From positions 556,371 to 620,370 of the forward strand of contig NW_002060959.1 in assembly GCF_000150275.1 (NCBI RefSeq): a stretch of DNA of 64,000 bases, read 5' to 3'. The stretch comes from Trichoplax adhaerens (lineage: Eukaryota; Animalia; Placozoa). A program made the translations under genes and the position numbers. How positions within the stretch are numbered: the stretch's first letter is position 1; each line of letters starts with the position of its first letter. Below the pieces are notes generated by a model, which saw only the letters and a program-made list of their open reading frames with translations, did no database searches and had not been told where the DNA came from. Positions 26,920 through 38,900 of the stretch are shown piece by piece.

Positions 26920-29324
26920 TTACAAAATTTCAATCGCGCAAACATCTAATACGCAAAATGTTGCACGACAAGTAGGGCATGGCGCTTTACTAGATAACCA
27001 AGTTTCAATTCTTCGCTGATCTTGTCTACAAGCGAACCATTTACCCATGCAATCTAAGCACCACATCGGCTTGCAAAAACAGCTTCGACATTCACCTTCC
27101 TGCGGTGGGTAGCATAATTTTTGAAGTTTGACATCTGCCGATTTCGTCAGACATCCTATACATTGTTCAGGTGCGGGCTATGTAAATCAACGCCGAAGAA
27201 AAGCATTTATAATTTGGAAATTATTTCAATGAAGTTTTAAAATATTGGCTCTTATATCATCCATTCTATTAATTAGTAGCTACAAGAATAAACCTAATCC
27301 TGTACTATATTAACTTACAGCATTTTCAGGAATAATATAGCGAACATTTCTCATCACTTGCTCTTTGAAAGCCACCACAAACTTATCGCTTAAAGATTGC
27401 TGAATGACTAGGTTACGCATATTTTCTATTGGTTCCTCTAACATCCCAGTCAGCTCTTGATATTTTTCGGAATTAAGAACGATGATGAAGTCACATTTTC
27501 CTGTTATCAATAAAAGGAGGAATACTGTTAATTACAGCATCAAGTGTTGCTACGCCAGGTACAAACGCAATCCGCTAATAATTTGGCTATTATTTTATAA
27601 TACCACTTTCTGCAAAGATACCGTAAAGTATGAGTTTGAGGAGAATCTTTGTTCTCATGAATGAAACGTAAAAACTTGTCGACCTATAGACAATCTTGCA
27701 CATTTGACATAAAGAAAGTCGGTAGATGGCATTTACATTGGATGAAGAAAATGAGAGATGTAGTTGAGCCAATTCTCAGGATTCTTCAAAAATATCCGAC
27801 TAGCAGAATTGTTGAAACTAAACTAAGCTTGAAGTAATAAAATCTAAACAATAGCAATATCTACGGGGAACTATTAGCAAAAAAGAACTCTTGCATTATC
27901 GGATATAACCGTTATTATACTCTAGAGTATAATCTATTAAGTCATGCTATCATCACGCCTAACAAATGCACTCTAACTTTCATAAGTTTAGCACAAACTA
28001 GAAATTTCGATAATCAATAGTAATTTAAATTAACCTCAATGCTAAACTCACAAGACCACAAGTGTTAACACAGCAGTGATGATCAATGTCTCTCTCTCTT
28101 GTACTTAAGTAGTTTTGTAGTATTTGATGCTAATTCATAATTAACGTTCATTAAGGTATATAACAGGCAAAATGGTCACATTTCGTATGTTGATCGATCG
28201 ATAAAAATGGGGCAATGACTTAGACACTGACTAATTCGGTTAGAATTGTAGTTTACATTGAGCTATCAGTATTGTTTCTAACTTAGTAGAAGTTACATGC
28301 TAGGTTGAAAGGAATACTTAGCAGCAAGGTGTCGATCAATACTCGGACTTTCAACGTTACCAATTCTGTTTTTAATGATACCGTTAGCAGCATGCTATTC
28401 TTGTTACTTTGTGATTATATACCACGATTATCTTCGTCCTTCAAAACGAGTACATTAATACAACGGTAAGGGATGAATCCAATCCAATTTGTTTGATGCA
28501 TCATGTCCATGATTTTTAATCAACGCACAGTACATGGTTAGTAAAGAAGTGCTACTCGCAGAGTACTAGGTTCTCCTAGTTTTGTGTCAAGATGTATGGA
28601 GAATACTTTGTAAACTATGTAAAATGTCATTGTCGATTTTCCAGAGGTGTTCATTACCACTATTATCCTTACCTCGTTGAACACTTTTGACCCTAATATG
28701 TAGCTTTTGCACTGCAGTTGGGCTATCAACGGCTAACTGATACGTCTGACTATCGACGATCGATAACTTAGCATCGTGTTTGTGTGCAATTAATAAAGTA
28801 TAAGTTGATGTTTTAAGAATCCAACTATCCGTGATATAGGTGCAAAAGTTTAATTCGCCGGAGGAAAATTTCTCAATTCGACGAAATTCATTATTAACCG
28901 ACGATGACACCACTCGCCAGGGTTGACCAAATTGTTGTAAATTGGTTACAATAGGGTGATGTTGCCACTTGGATGATGACCAATAATAACCTAGGGTAAT
29001 AGCTAGTAAGGCTATCGATGATGACATATAAAAGTAGACATCCCAGTAAATACCACCAGCCCAAGGATTGAAGGGATAATTTTCAGCAGATAAATAATTT
29101 AACAAGATTAGAATTATATAGTAACTGAGCGGTAAGCACGAATGAAATAATAAATTAGCCGTGGTTCGACGGACATGATAACCAATAAAATCAATATTTT
29201 CACTGCCTAAGTAGCTACTTAATATATATTCAATTGTCAAGCCAGATCGGCGAAATTCAGTTGGAGGTGCAATGAGGCAAAATAAGATCAAAAAATAGAC
29301 TAAAGTAAAAAAAGTAAGATCCAT
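26920..29324 (-). CDS. TMEM129: E3 ubiquitin ligase TMEM129 (3 TM + C4C4 RING), 3 exons
   Basis: Exons 28673-29324, 27319-27500 and 26920-27177. Motifs: PPTEFRRSGLTIE..LGSE..DFIGYHVRRTTA, VNNEFRRIEKF, TDSWILK, VIQQSLSDKF, CIGC..VKLQKLC..CRSCFCKPMWCLDCMGKWFACRQD..CPTCRATFCVLDV. Confidence 0.96.
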
Positions 29325-29605
29325 ATATCATGCAGGTGATTGAGGTTGAGTAGAAGATCTTGCTCGTAGGCTCTGCTCTTGCATTCGCTTTGCTAATGGA
29401 TCCACACAGTCAGGCACTTTGTAAGGGTTGCTGTTGTGTTGTGAGAAATTGATGCTTAACAAAATGAAGTAATTGTGGCAAAGTTGACTGGCATCAAGTT
29501 GTCCTAAAACACAATTTAATTCATTACAGTAGTAGTCTGCGAGGGAAAAGTTGATGTTAATCTTTCAAATATCTCCCTACAAGTGTACTCAATATCGAGG
29601 AAGAA

Positions 29606-30552
29606 CTACTGGAATTTAATATCGCAGTCTCGCCTTTGGAGTAAAGACTCTGTCCGTCTGTACGTAGAGATCTTCATGGTCTGGTGTGGACCAGACCAGG
29701 GAAACCTTTCACGGTACAGTGTACAGTGTACAGTACAGTACAGTACTGTACACTGTACACTGTACCGTGAAAGGTTTGTAATTTGATGTCGCAGTCTCGC
29801 CTTCTACAGTACAGTTACGTACTGTACTGTAGTGAGTAAACTCTGTCCGTCTGTACGTAGAGATCTTCCTGGTCTGGTCCACACCAGACCAGGGAAACCT
29901 CTCAGTGTACAGTGTACAGTGTACAGTACTGTACTGTAATTTGATATCGCAGTCTCGCCTTGTACTGTACGTACTGTACTGTAGTGAGTAGACTCTGTCC
30001 GTCTGTACGTAGAGTGTACAGTACAGTGTACAGAAGACATTGAGTGCACAGACTGTACTACAGTCCATGACACATACTGTACACTGTACAGTACTGTACA
30101 GTATACTGTATTAAAGATGTCAACCATGAATAATAAAAATTCAAGGTTTTTTCTTGCAATACTGTATATCAATTTTCGTGATGATGGCGATAGTATCCAA
30201 TACTGATATTCTCCAAGATTCTCTCAAAGGTACAATTCTATCAGGATCCTCTGGAGATATTGCACACTGTACACTGTACAGTACTACTGATGTACAGTAA
30301 GTGTACTTGTTACTCTACTGGAATTTGATATCGCAGTCTCGCCTTTGGAAAACAGACTCTGTCCGTCTGTACGTAGAGATCTTCATGTCTGGTGTGGACC
30401 AGACCATGAAGACCTCTACTGGTACAGTGTACAGTGTACAGTGTACAGTAGACGTTGAGTGTACAGACTGTACTACAGTCCATCAAGGTGTCAACCATGA
30501 ATGATAAAAATTCAAAGTCTTTTCTTACAGTACTGTATATCAATTTTCGTGA
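29606..30552. repeat. Array of 4 related units rich in GTACAGT/ACTGTAC and hairpins, upstream of TMEM129
   Basis: Core tcgcagtctcgcctt..actctgtccgtctgtacgtagag near 29622, 29789, 29947 and 30331. A tail tgtcaaccatgaat.ataaaaattcaa..tatcaattttcgtgat is duplicated at ~30118 and ~30489. Confidence 0.92.
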
Positions 30553-31567
30553 TTTTGATTGATGCCTTTATGGTTAGCATATCGTATTTAATCTATTACT
30601 AACTATATATACAACAATAAGTAGATGCATAGGATGATATATAGGTAATGACATCAATCAAGACCGGTATGCTATGAATCGACGTAGTGAAGTGCCAATG
30701 CTATCTTCCTATCATGACGTATCATGATTGGCCATGACGCATGCGCGATGTAAACCTCATAGCATATCAATAAAATAGTAAAATTTGCAACGGCAAAATA
30801 ATATAATAATAATAAATTAATAATTATTAATAATAATAATAAAACCAATTCTAAATTGTATTATTGAAAAATTACAAAATTTAACTATCGTCTTTGATTG
30901 TAATACGTGTGGGCGTGGAATACATAGGTTAAAAACACAACAAAATTAAAATATGCAATACCAAATAGAATGGAAAAGGAAGTAAAAGTAGCAAAATGTC
31001 ATTATATATTGTACCTACAGTATACTATATCAATTAAAATCCTTAACAAAGGAGACATCGTAGTGAACTTTGCGACAATAATGGGTAACAAATTTCGCAC
31101 GGGTTGCAATTGCTAGCCACAAGGATATAAAACACCCAGTAAGGATGACTATTATTTCTACACCACCGGCTATCGTGACACATGGACAAATAAGACTGGA
31201 TGATGCAGTATTGCTCCACGTCCACATAGACATACGCATAATTTCAGATGCACTGGCAGACGTTATAGTATACGTTTCAGCTATTCGTAAGAATAGATTC
31301 AAGCCTAAGATGAATCACAATCAATCTTTAAAATTGTTGCATTTACGTATACGGTATAACAAATAAAGGAGTATATTTGAGTCCATTATACACAATGACC
31401 GACATATAAAAGGATTAAAATCGCGAAAGATAAACTATTTTAGTCTGACTAGACAATATCATGATACGCTAAGTAGATAAAATAAGTTGGAATCATTTCC
31501 TGAAAGGATTGACGATTGCTTAGCTCTTATGGTTATATTTTGTTAAATTAGTAATTAGTTTATAAGG

Positions 31568-31908
31568 TGTAAGACAGTGTGATATTATATTCTAAGTTGA
31601 TGATATATTTAGTGATGTCTACCGTAGGTATTATGTTCAACGAGTGATAAATATTCCGTTAGAAGCTTAAGTATTAAATATAGCTAGCTTAATAGCTGCA
31701 TCCTTTANNNNNNNNNNNNNNNNNNNNNNNNNNNNNNNNNNNNNNNNNNNNNNNNNNNNNNNNNNNNNNNNNNNNNNNNNNNNNNNNNNNNNNNNNNNNN
31801 NNNNNNNNNNNNNNNNNNNNNNNNNNNNNNNNNNNNNTGTAACGAAATTTTTTTCAATAACACTTAATTTTCGAAAGGCTTGAAGATTCTTAATCTATCA
31901 ACCCTAAA
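31568..31908 (+). mobile_element. LTR-like element family A, copy spanning the assembly gap
   Basis: Starts TGTAAGACAG and aligns to 56499-56915 on both sides of the Ns. Perfect 5-bp TSD TAAGG at 31563-31567 and 31909-31913. The 3' terminus has decayed to ctaaa. Confidence 0.7.
31708..31837. other. Assembly gap (130 N)
   Basis: Run of N. Confidence 1.
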
Positions 31909-32235
31909 TAAGGTTAAAGAAGATGGTGGATCGAAACTAATAATATTATTGAAAAGGTCATCTGATGAATATATTTATGTTATTCATTACTAGCGATACC
32001 CTATAACGATCGCCGGTGATTTTACTCGGCGGCTAACCGGAAATTTGAGCAATATTTCAAATGCAGTAAGTTAAAAAAACAAAGAGGAAAAACAAAGGGA
32101 ATAAAAAAGTTTTAAATCTTAGAAATAAAGAAGTTAAAGTCAATACCTAGCCGGAAGATTCAAGCAGACAAACAATATTAACATAATGCGTAGACCCGTT
32201 TAATTTATAAATAAATAAAATTTTTCGAATTTCCA

Positions 32236-35200
32236 GGATAAGAGAAAAAAGAATATGCTACCCACTATATTAATACTTATTTCTTTTAATAAATGGAATT
32301 GCAACATGGTGATTGCTAGATTATTAGATATATGAATTACCTAGAAAAGGCAATGTTACTCCGCAAGCTTTCTCAGGATTAGGCTTAGCAAATTAGCAAA
32401 TTAGTAACCGGTAATTGAAGTATTCTCTTATATAGCTTTACCAAATTATATTTTAAAAACACTTCTCCCCAGATTGATTATATTAGTTAACTTTATTGCC
32501 AGATGCAACTTAAAATTAATAACATTTTATCTATACTTACTTCCATTGTTACCAAAATATTAACATCTATATAGCAACTAATTTTATAAGCATATTGATT
32601 CATCTCAATTTTGTTTCTTCTGTCAGTTTTCAATTCGTAAAATAATCAAGAACATATTGCTAGTAAATGAGAGCAATAGGGTTAATAAACCCGCTCACAT
32701 AAATGTTTCGGAAAACCTTTTGAATATTCTTATCGCTAATTAATTATTGCTTTGACATAATATGAGTCTTAGGATGCTGTAATTGAAATTGAACTACAGT
32801 ATTGACACCAATAAAATTTAGGTTCATTTCCGGCTGATAAACAGTAGGTAGAGTTTTAATGCGACCGAATAATCATCAACTCTATATACAAAAACATTGA
32901 CCAGGGATAAACTAATTTTATTACCATACCAACCTTACTTACAATCTTACCATGTAAACATCAATTACCATTCCCTAAAAAATAGATATTAGATAAACAG
33001 AGCTAAAAGATAAATAGAAACGCAGCTAAAAATTGTTATCAATAAATTCTAAATATGCAAATGAACAATAAACTACAATTAAAATGCTGAATCTCTCCAA
33101 TTTAATTTTACTAGACAATCATACTACAAATGCTAAAATGAGCAAATCTTGAGTATTAAATATATGTATGTCTTTATCATGGCCACGATTTAGTTGTATT
33201 TTCTACGGGCTGATATCACTTTTTCGTCACTTTTTATTACGAAATTGTAATTCCATTCCATAGCTTGGGAGTATCGTTTAACCGTATTTTTAATTTCTCA
33301 GCTGGTAAATTAATTAAATTTATTGAAAATTCTAAATATAGATTCATTATCTGCCCGTAAAAAAATTGCGCAGCTATTTTTACTCCATTATCTTGTCATA
33401 TATATGCTATTATATATTACATGTTATCACATTAACTATTAAATTTAATTTTTGCATTGATACCTTAATATAAATTTTAATCCCTTTAATTGAAACAACT
33501 AAAGATATTAGCAACTGCATATAGTTTCAGTTTATATTAATACAATTTTCTTTATCCTTATGTAAATAGTTTTATCGCTAATATAATTTAATCGTTGGCT
33601 GATACAATAGTAATTATGTATTGGATTTATTTGATCGGCAGTTGCTACTATAAAATTAACACTGTACGTTATAATTCAATATTAATATTTAATTAACTAA
33701 ACTACCGTAATAGCACTCTCATTATTCTTACTATTAAATTTTGTATACAGTGAATTATGCGTATTTTCCTGAGTTGCAAAAATTTCCCAAAATAAATGGA
33801 TCTATATTTTATTAACGTGTTATAAAGGAGCAAGTTAAAAAATGTATGATATACCGTATCCAGTAATTACTAATAATATAATTGTAATTAATTATAATTT
33901 GACGCTATTTTTAACCTTTATTCTAATAGGGAATAAACTAAATATAGCTGACCTCTATCTTCCAACACTACAGGAAATTATAAAAATGACCCAACATCGT
34001 TCCCATTTTCACATTTTTCAATTACTTAGGTTAACGCACAAGTCGCATAATTTCACTGTCAAGTAAGACCATCAGTCTTGTACTACCATCTTCCTGAATT
34101 GCTGAATTCTAAGCATGGCAAAATCGACATTTTGTGGTAATATAGGAATATATTGATAGCCTAAGTTATGATCATAAATTACATAGTAATTGATCGTTCT
34201 CTTTGCGTACACATCATTCAACTGGTGTATATTTAAAAATTTGACTGCAATTATCTGTAAAGGGTTAATCTAATATAATCAATTTTGATAAAATTACCCA
34301 ATTGCTTCACTATAATTGCATATATCCTATCATAATACACATTACGAGGTAAAGAAATGAAAATAAAAAACAATTCTAAGCCATTTTAATGTTTTTCCAT
34401 ATTTCTTTATTGGTACAAAGGCTTTCTCTTTAAGGTATGGCTGTTTCAAATTATGCTACATTGGACCCTTGCTATAAGTACTCCTCATCGTTTAACTATG
34501 AATAAGTCTTGTGGCAGAAAATTATTTTTACATGAACTTAGAAGAACGGTTATGGATACTTTCAAGAATATAAGTAAAATAAATTGTCAACGAGGATTTA
34601 TGAATATTATGCCGCTCAATATATCCCTGACACAGAAAAGAATGGTAATAAATGGACTTAAAAATAAAATTAAACCAAATTGATGACATTTGAATGGTAT
34701 AATAACTTCACAAAATCTCTTATTAAATGCATATTAATAAAGTGCTAATACGGGCTTTTAATCTATCAGCAGATTTTACGCTTTCATTTTATATATAAGT
34801 ACAGTAGCAGTTGTCGCTTCCTATTTATTCGATCCAATTTGTAATGATCTTGATCAATTGTGTACGAACCTACATATACTTATATCTAATGTTGAACTTA
34901 GTTTTTACTCTTCTGCGAGTTTTCTATCATTACTGTATCATTATCTAGCTTAAAATAGTATGTAATAATAATACTATCCACAAAGTCAGCTTGCATTTGT
35001 TGGGCCTCTTAATTTTTAATAAATTACTTTGCTATTCGATCTATTAATTAGTACGCTTTTACGTTTTTACTATGACAGAAAATTCCTGATCTTCACTGGA
35101 ATATCGATCAATTCAACGCTTTAATTGACAACATAACATACAATATTGGCGTTATCGTTACCAATGGCAGTGTTCTTTCTGCATTAAAGTCATACAAAGG

Positions 35201-35660
35201 TCGAGATTACTGCAATCCATGCCAAATAGATACCGATAAGTTTCGAGAGCAACATCTACGACTAATGGCTGTTTTAATTAAATTCGTAAGTTAGACGTGT
35301 AATTAAGTGTAGAAATGGTGCCGTTTGATATTGATTCCTGTAGAATGCTGAGCTTGTGCGGAATCTGTAAAAGTGCTACCAAATACGTCATAATTAGAGG
35401 CCGTCATAAGTCAGCATTGCGATAAAACTTTGTTACAGGCCTTTGTGCAGTATGATAAACTCTAACACAAGTCTAGAGAATAAATTTCGAATCATTCATC
35501 ACTTCATGGCACGAAAGACCTAATTATCAATAGAACTGCCTACGCATGAACAAATTACTATCGCTATCACTAGGCTTAATTTAGATTTCGTAACTTTGAT
35601 AAAACAAGTAAACCGATTCTCCCATATTCTACTTTTTCTAAGTTCTGTTGCCTAAATTAA
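32236..35660 (+). pseudogene. Decayed LRR-containing GPCR (LGR-like)
   Basis: LRR-like ELPRKGNVTPQAFSGLGLAN*QISN (~32335-32410), Cys-hinge-like NC*ILSMAKSTFCG (~34097-34140), TM2-like FNLSADFTLSFYI* (~34756-34797), INYFAI at the DRY position (~35019), TM7-like SKPILPY (~35607). Many stops. Confidence 0.35.
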
Positions 35661-38279
35661 TGTTTCAGGTCATAATAACGGAATATATTGAAAACATTTT
35701 CTAATGAGTTTCTTATTAATAACTTACATTACCAGATCCATGTGGACTTTTATACTTTGCGTTACTTATGGTGTTATAATACTTAATAGTATTAAAGAAT
35801 ACCCAACGCTGATCTAAAATCGACTAATTATAGTTTTACTAACCCGTGTAAACCAGGCGTAGCCTGGCATTTCTCCATAAAACGTAAGAATCTATTGCTT
35901 GACACAAAAATATCTATATGGTATTTGTATATACAACCCGCGTAGTCGAGCATTATCGCCTAAATTTTAAAGTAGCTTACTCCCCGTTTGGCCGTGATGG
36001 TATTGCAAAGAAATCAGCTTCTACTTTATGTATATAGATTAATTATCGGGAGGTTGGTAAGAGCTATACAAATAAATGATATTAGTGAATTAGTACGTCA
36101 ATATTTACAAGATATAATGCCATATAGAAGTCTTCTTACTAAATAAATCTTAATAGCGTTCATTTCTCTGACAGATATTATAAGCATTTTAAGAAATCTT
36201 TATAATGTTGAACCATTTCCTGCTTCTATTATGAAGTCAAGGATAAGAATGTAGTAATGTCATTAAAATTTTATACCACACGCATTGACTATACAGGAGA
36301 TATGATGCCTAGTTTATCACATGATGCAATCGTTAAATTGTGAAAATATTTGGCAGTATTCAATTACATTAAATAATTAACGTATGTCTTCTTAAAACAA
36401 TGTTACAATTATCATAGATATGACTATAATTCGTATCTATTTGATTTATATTTCGCGGCTTTGAAACAGTTTTTATTCAATTGTCCATTAAAGACCGTAC
36501 TTATGTAATACTAATCGTCTAGATTACAGTGAGTGCAAATAGAGAATTTAATACACGTGTTTACTTTGAAAGGTACTGTATTAGTTTGTAATTAGATGAT
36601 GTTTATATTCATGTACAATCCCTCAAACACGGACTTTGGGTACATAAAATTTCACTCATCTAATAGCCATTAGTGCTAATCCAATATTGAAAGATGACTA
36701 TAGTTAGCTATCTATCAGTTTTAATTGAGATTTTATCATAATATGAAATAATCCCTAACATTCTCAACAAGATGATAAAATAGATATGAAGCTCATTTAA
36801 TATAAGACTAGAAAGGTTTAAACGCATGTGTTGACTAAATTTTGTACTTTCATAATTTTTTTCACATCGGAAATTTGCACCACCTTAGCGCCATCCATAC
36901 CACTGCCTTGAAGAAAGGTTTCACCATCTTTTCCAGAAAATCCTGGTAAACTATTAATTCATATGAAGAAAATTTTACTTAAGCTTATACAAATACTGAA
37001 CAGCCGAATCCTTAGATTGGATGTGGTTACGGAATGATTTGCTTTTAAATGATGTCTTCTATAGATATTTTGCATTGTAAACATTTCTATAAACTTTAAA
37101 ATCATGTTGTAATAACCAATAATTTTATTACTAGATTCAACAGACACGCACTACAAAGTTTCGATGTACAATTTTGGGCCTTAGTCAATCACATAGCGAG
37201 ATAGGAATGCTTAGCGCATTTGAATCATGTCCGCTTTTAATGAATGAATACGACGGCATTTATCGCAGTATCTATGGACTTTTAGAAGCATCTCCTTAAT
37301 TATCGGACTAGATGTACATTAATGCGTAACGCTAAATTATTATATTAATTCATATTAATAGCATTATAATATCTTTCGCAAAATATCTATTGACTCTGAA
37401 AAGTATAACTAGCGTAACGAATAAATCTATAGCCGAGCATGATAGCATCAATAAACATTTGCCAACGAATCTGTGATTACAGGAATAGATGCCAGAGTTT
37501 AGGTTATCAGTTCTGATAATATCTTGATGTAATTCTAAATTAAATATAGTAGAACACTTTCATATGTAAGACACGCAGCAATAAGCACCTATCAATCGTA
37601 CTATTTGATATCTCTAAACTAGGATATCCGAAGCAGATGACTAAACTTGCCTATAACTAATATATATAGAGTACTGTAGTTTTTCAGCGGTAAGATAGTA
37701 TACGTACATTGACAATATACAGAATTTAAGAGTTCAGTTTTAATTTCTGATATCGCTAACTTAGCAATGCTCGTCGATCATTAATAAAGAATATTCATTT
37801 ATTGATAGTTATATGTACTACACGAAATCCCGAAGAGCCAATTCCAAGATATTGCTATATAAAATTACGATACTCATATATCTTGATTCTGAGATCATTT
37901 TAGACTCCTAAAGAATGCTGTAGTAGCTTACCTTCGTAACAAATAATCTATTTACCGTTCGTTAATCAACCTATCCTTTGTGCTTGCAGGAAATTATAGG
38001 TATTATAAGTTGTTCTATTTACTTCTGCTTTATTATTCTATTAATATTATTATAATATGGTGGTATCCCAGCTGGTGCATCTAAACTATTAATTCATTCG
38101 CCTTTCTTTCGTTGTGATTATAAATTATATTAGATTGCTTTATAATAACAGCACCTGCATCTCGTAAATAACACCTTAAATTTTGCACATATTAAAAGTG
38201 GAAATCTAATTATTATTACTCTCTAGTCAATTGGTATAAATGCTTATTTGATAATTCCCGTAATAAAGTAAGCAAAGAT

Positions 38280-38900
38280 GCGCTTTTAATCTTACAAAAG
38301 ATGTGGATGTAATTTTGAAGGTTATTTTCGCATGTAACATTATGGTAGCGGCAATTAATAATCTGGCTGAAGTAAATATCAGTATCGCTAAGTGTTGACA
38401 TTTACAAATTTAAAAAGTAACCAGAATCTGTTATGACGTCATATTCATTCCGAAATTAAATTTCAAAGCTTGTTATTTTCAGCGATATTATCTTACAACT
38501 ATTATAAAAATACGATATGGAATCTCGTATTCTGTTATAAGATTCTAAAAGACAAGCGTCAGTACAAATAGTGATTTAGATATCATCCCAATGGTATATT
38601 CTTGATATTGCGCTTTATATAATTCCTGATTAAAGCAAAGTACATAAAAGCTCCAATTATATAATATAGGCTTTCTTTGATAAGATTTGGATGCTTAGAT
38701 TGAGCCAGCAATATCGGCAGGAAATGGAATGGTGTTCCAATAATATCTATACAATTGTGGTATTTTTTGTAGGTGGTCCACTTTAATGTATCAGAACTTG
38801 CTTTGTTGAGGTAGTCTGATTGGCCATACACTGAAAACGATGACAATACCAAAAGTATAGTTCTTACCATAGAATTAGAACGCCATATGATTGGAAAAGA
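38280..38900 (-). pseudogene. 7TM-like fragment (TM4-TM7-like)
   Basis: ORF 38583-38870 has two hydrophobic segments around a Cys-containing loop; AILIFTSARLLIAATIML lies downstream. Diagnostic motifs are eroded. Confidence 0.2.

Noticed and set aside
28587-28672. C-terminal tail of the 245-aa ORF (KDNSGNEHLWK...)
   Set aside because: Read-through into TMEM129 intron 1; a canonical donor follows 28673 and homology resumes at 27500.
29583-30543. ORFs of 67-122 aa rich in C/T/V/Y/S
   Set aside because: They are translations of the TACAG/CTGTA repeat array, overlap in several frames and on both strands, and show no protein-like features.
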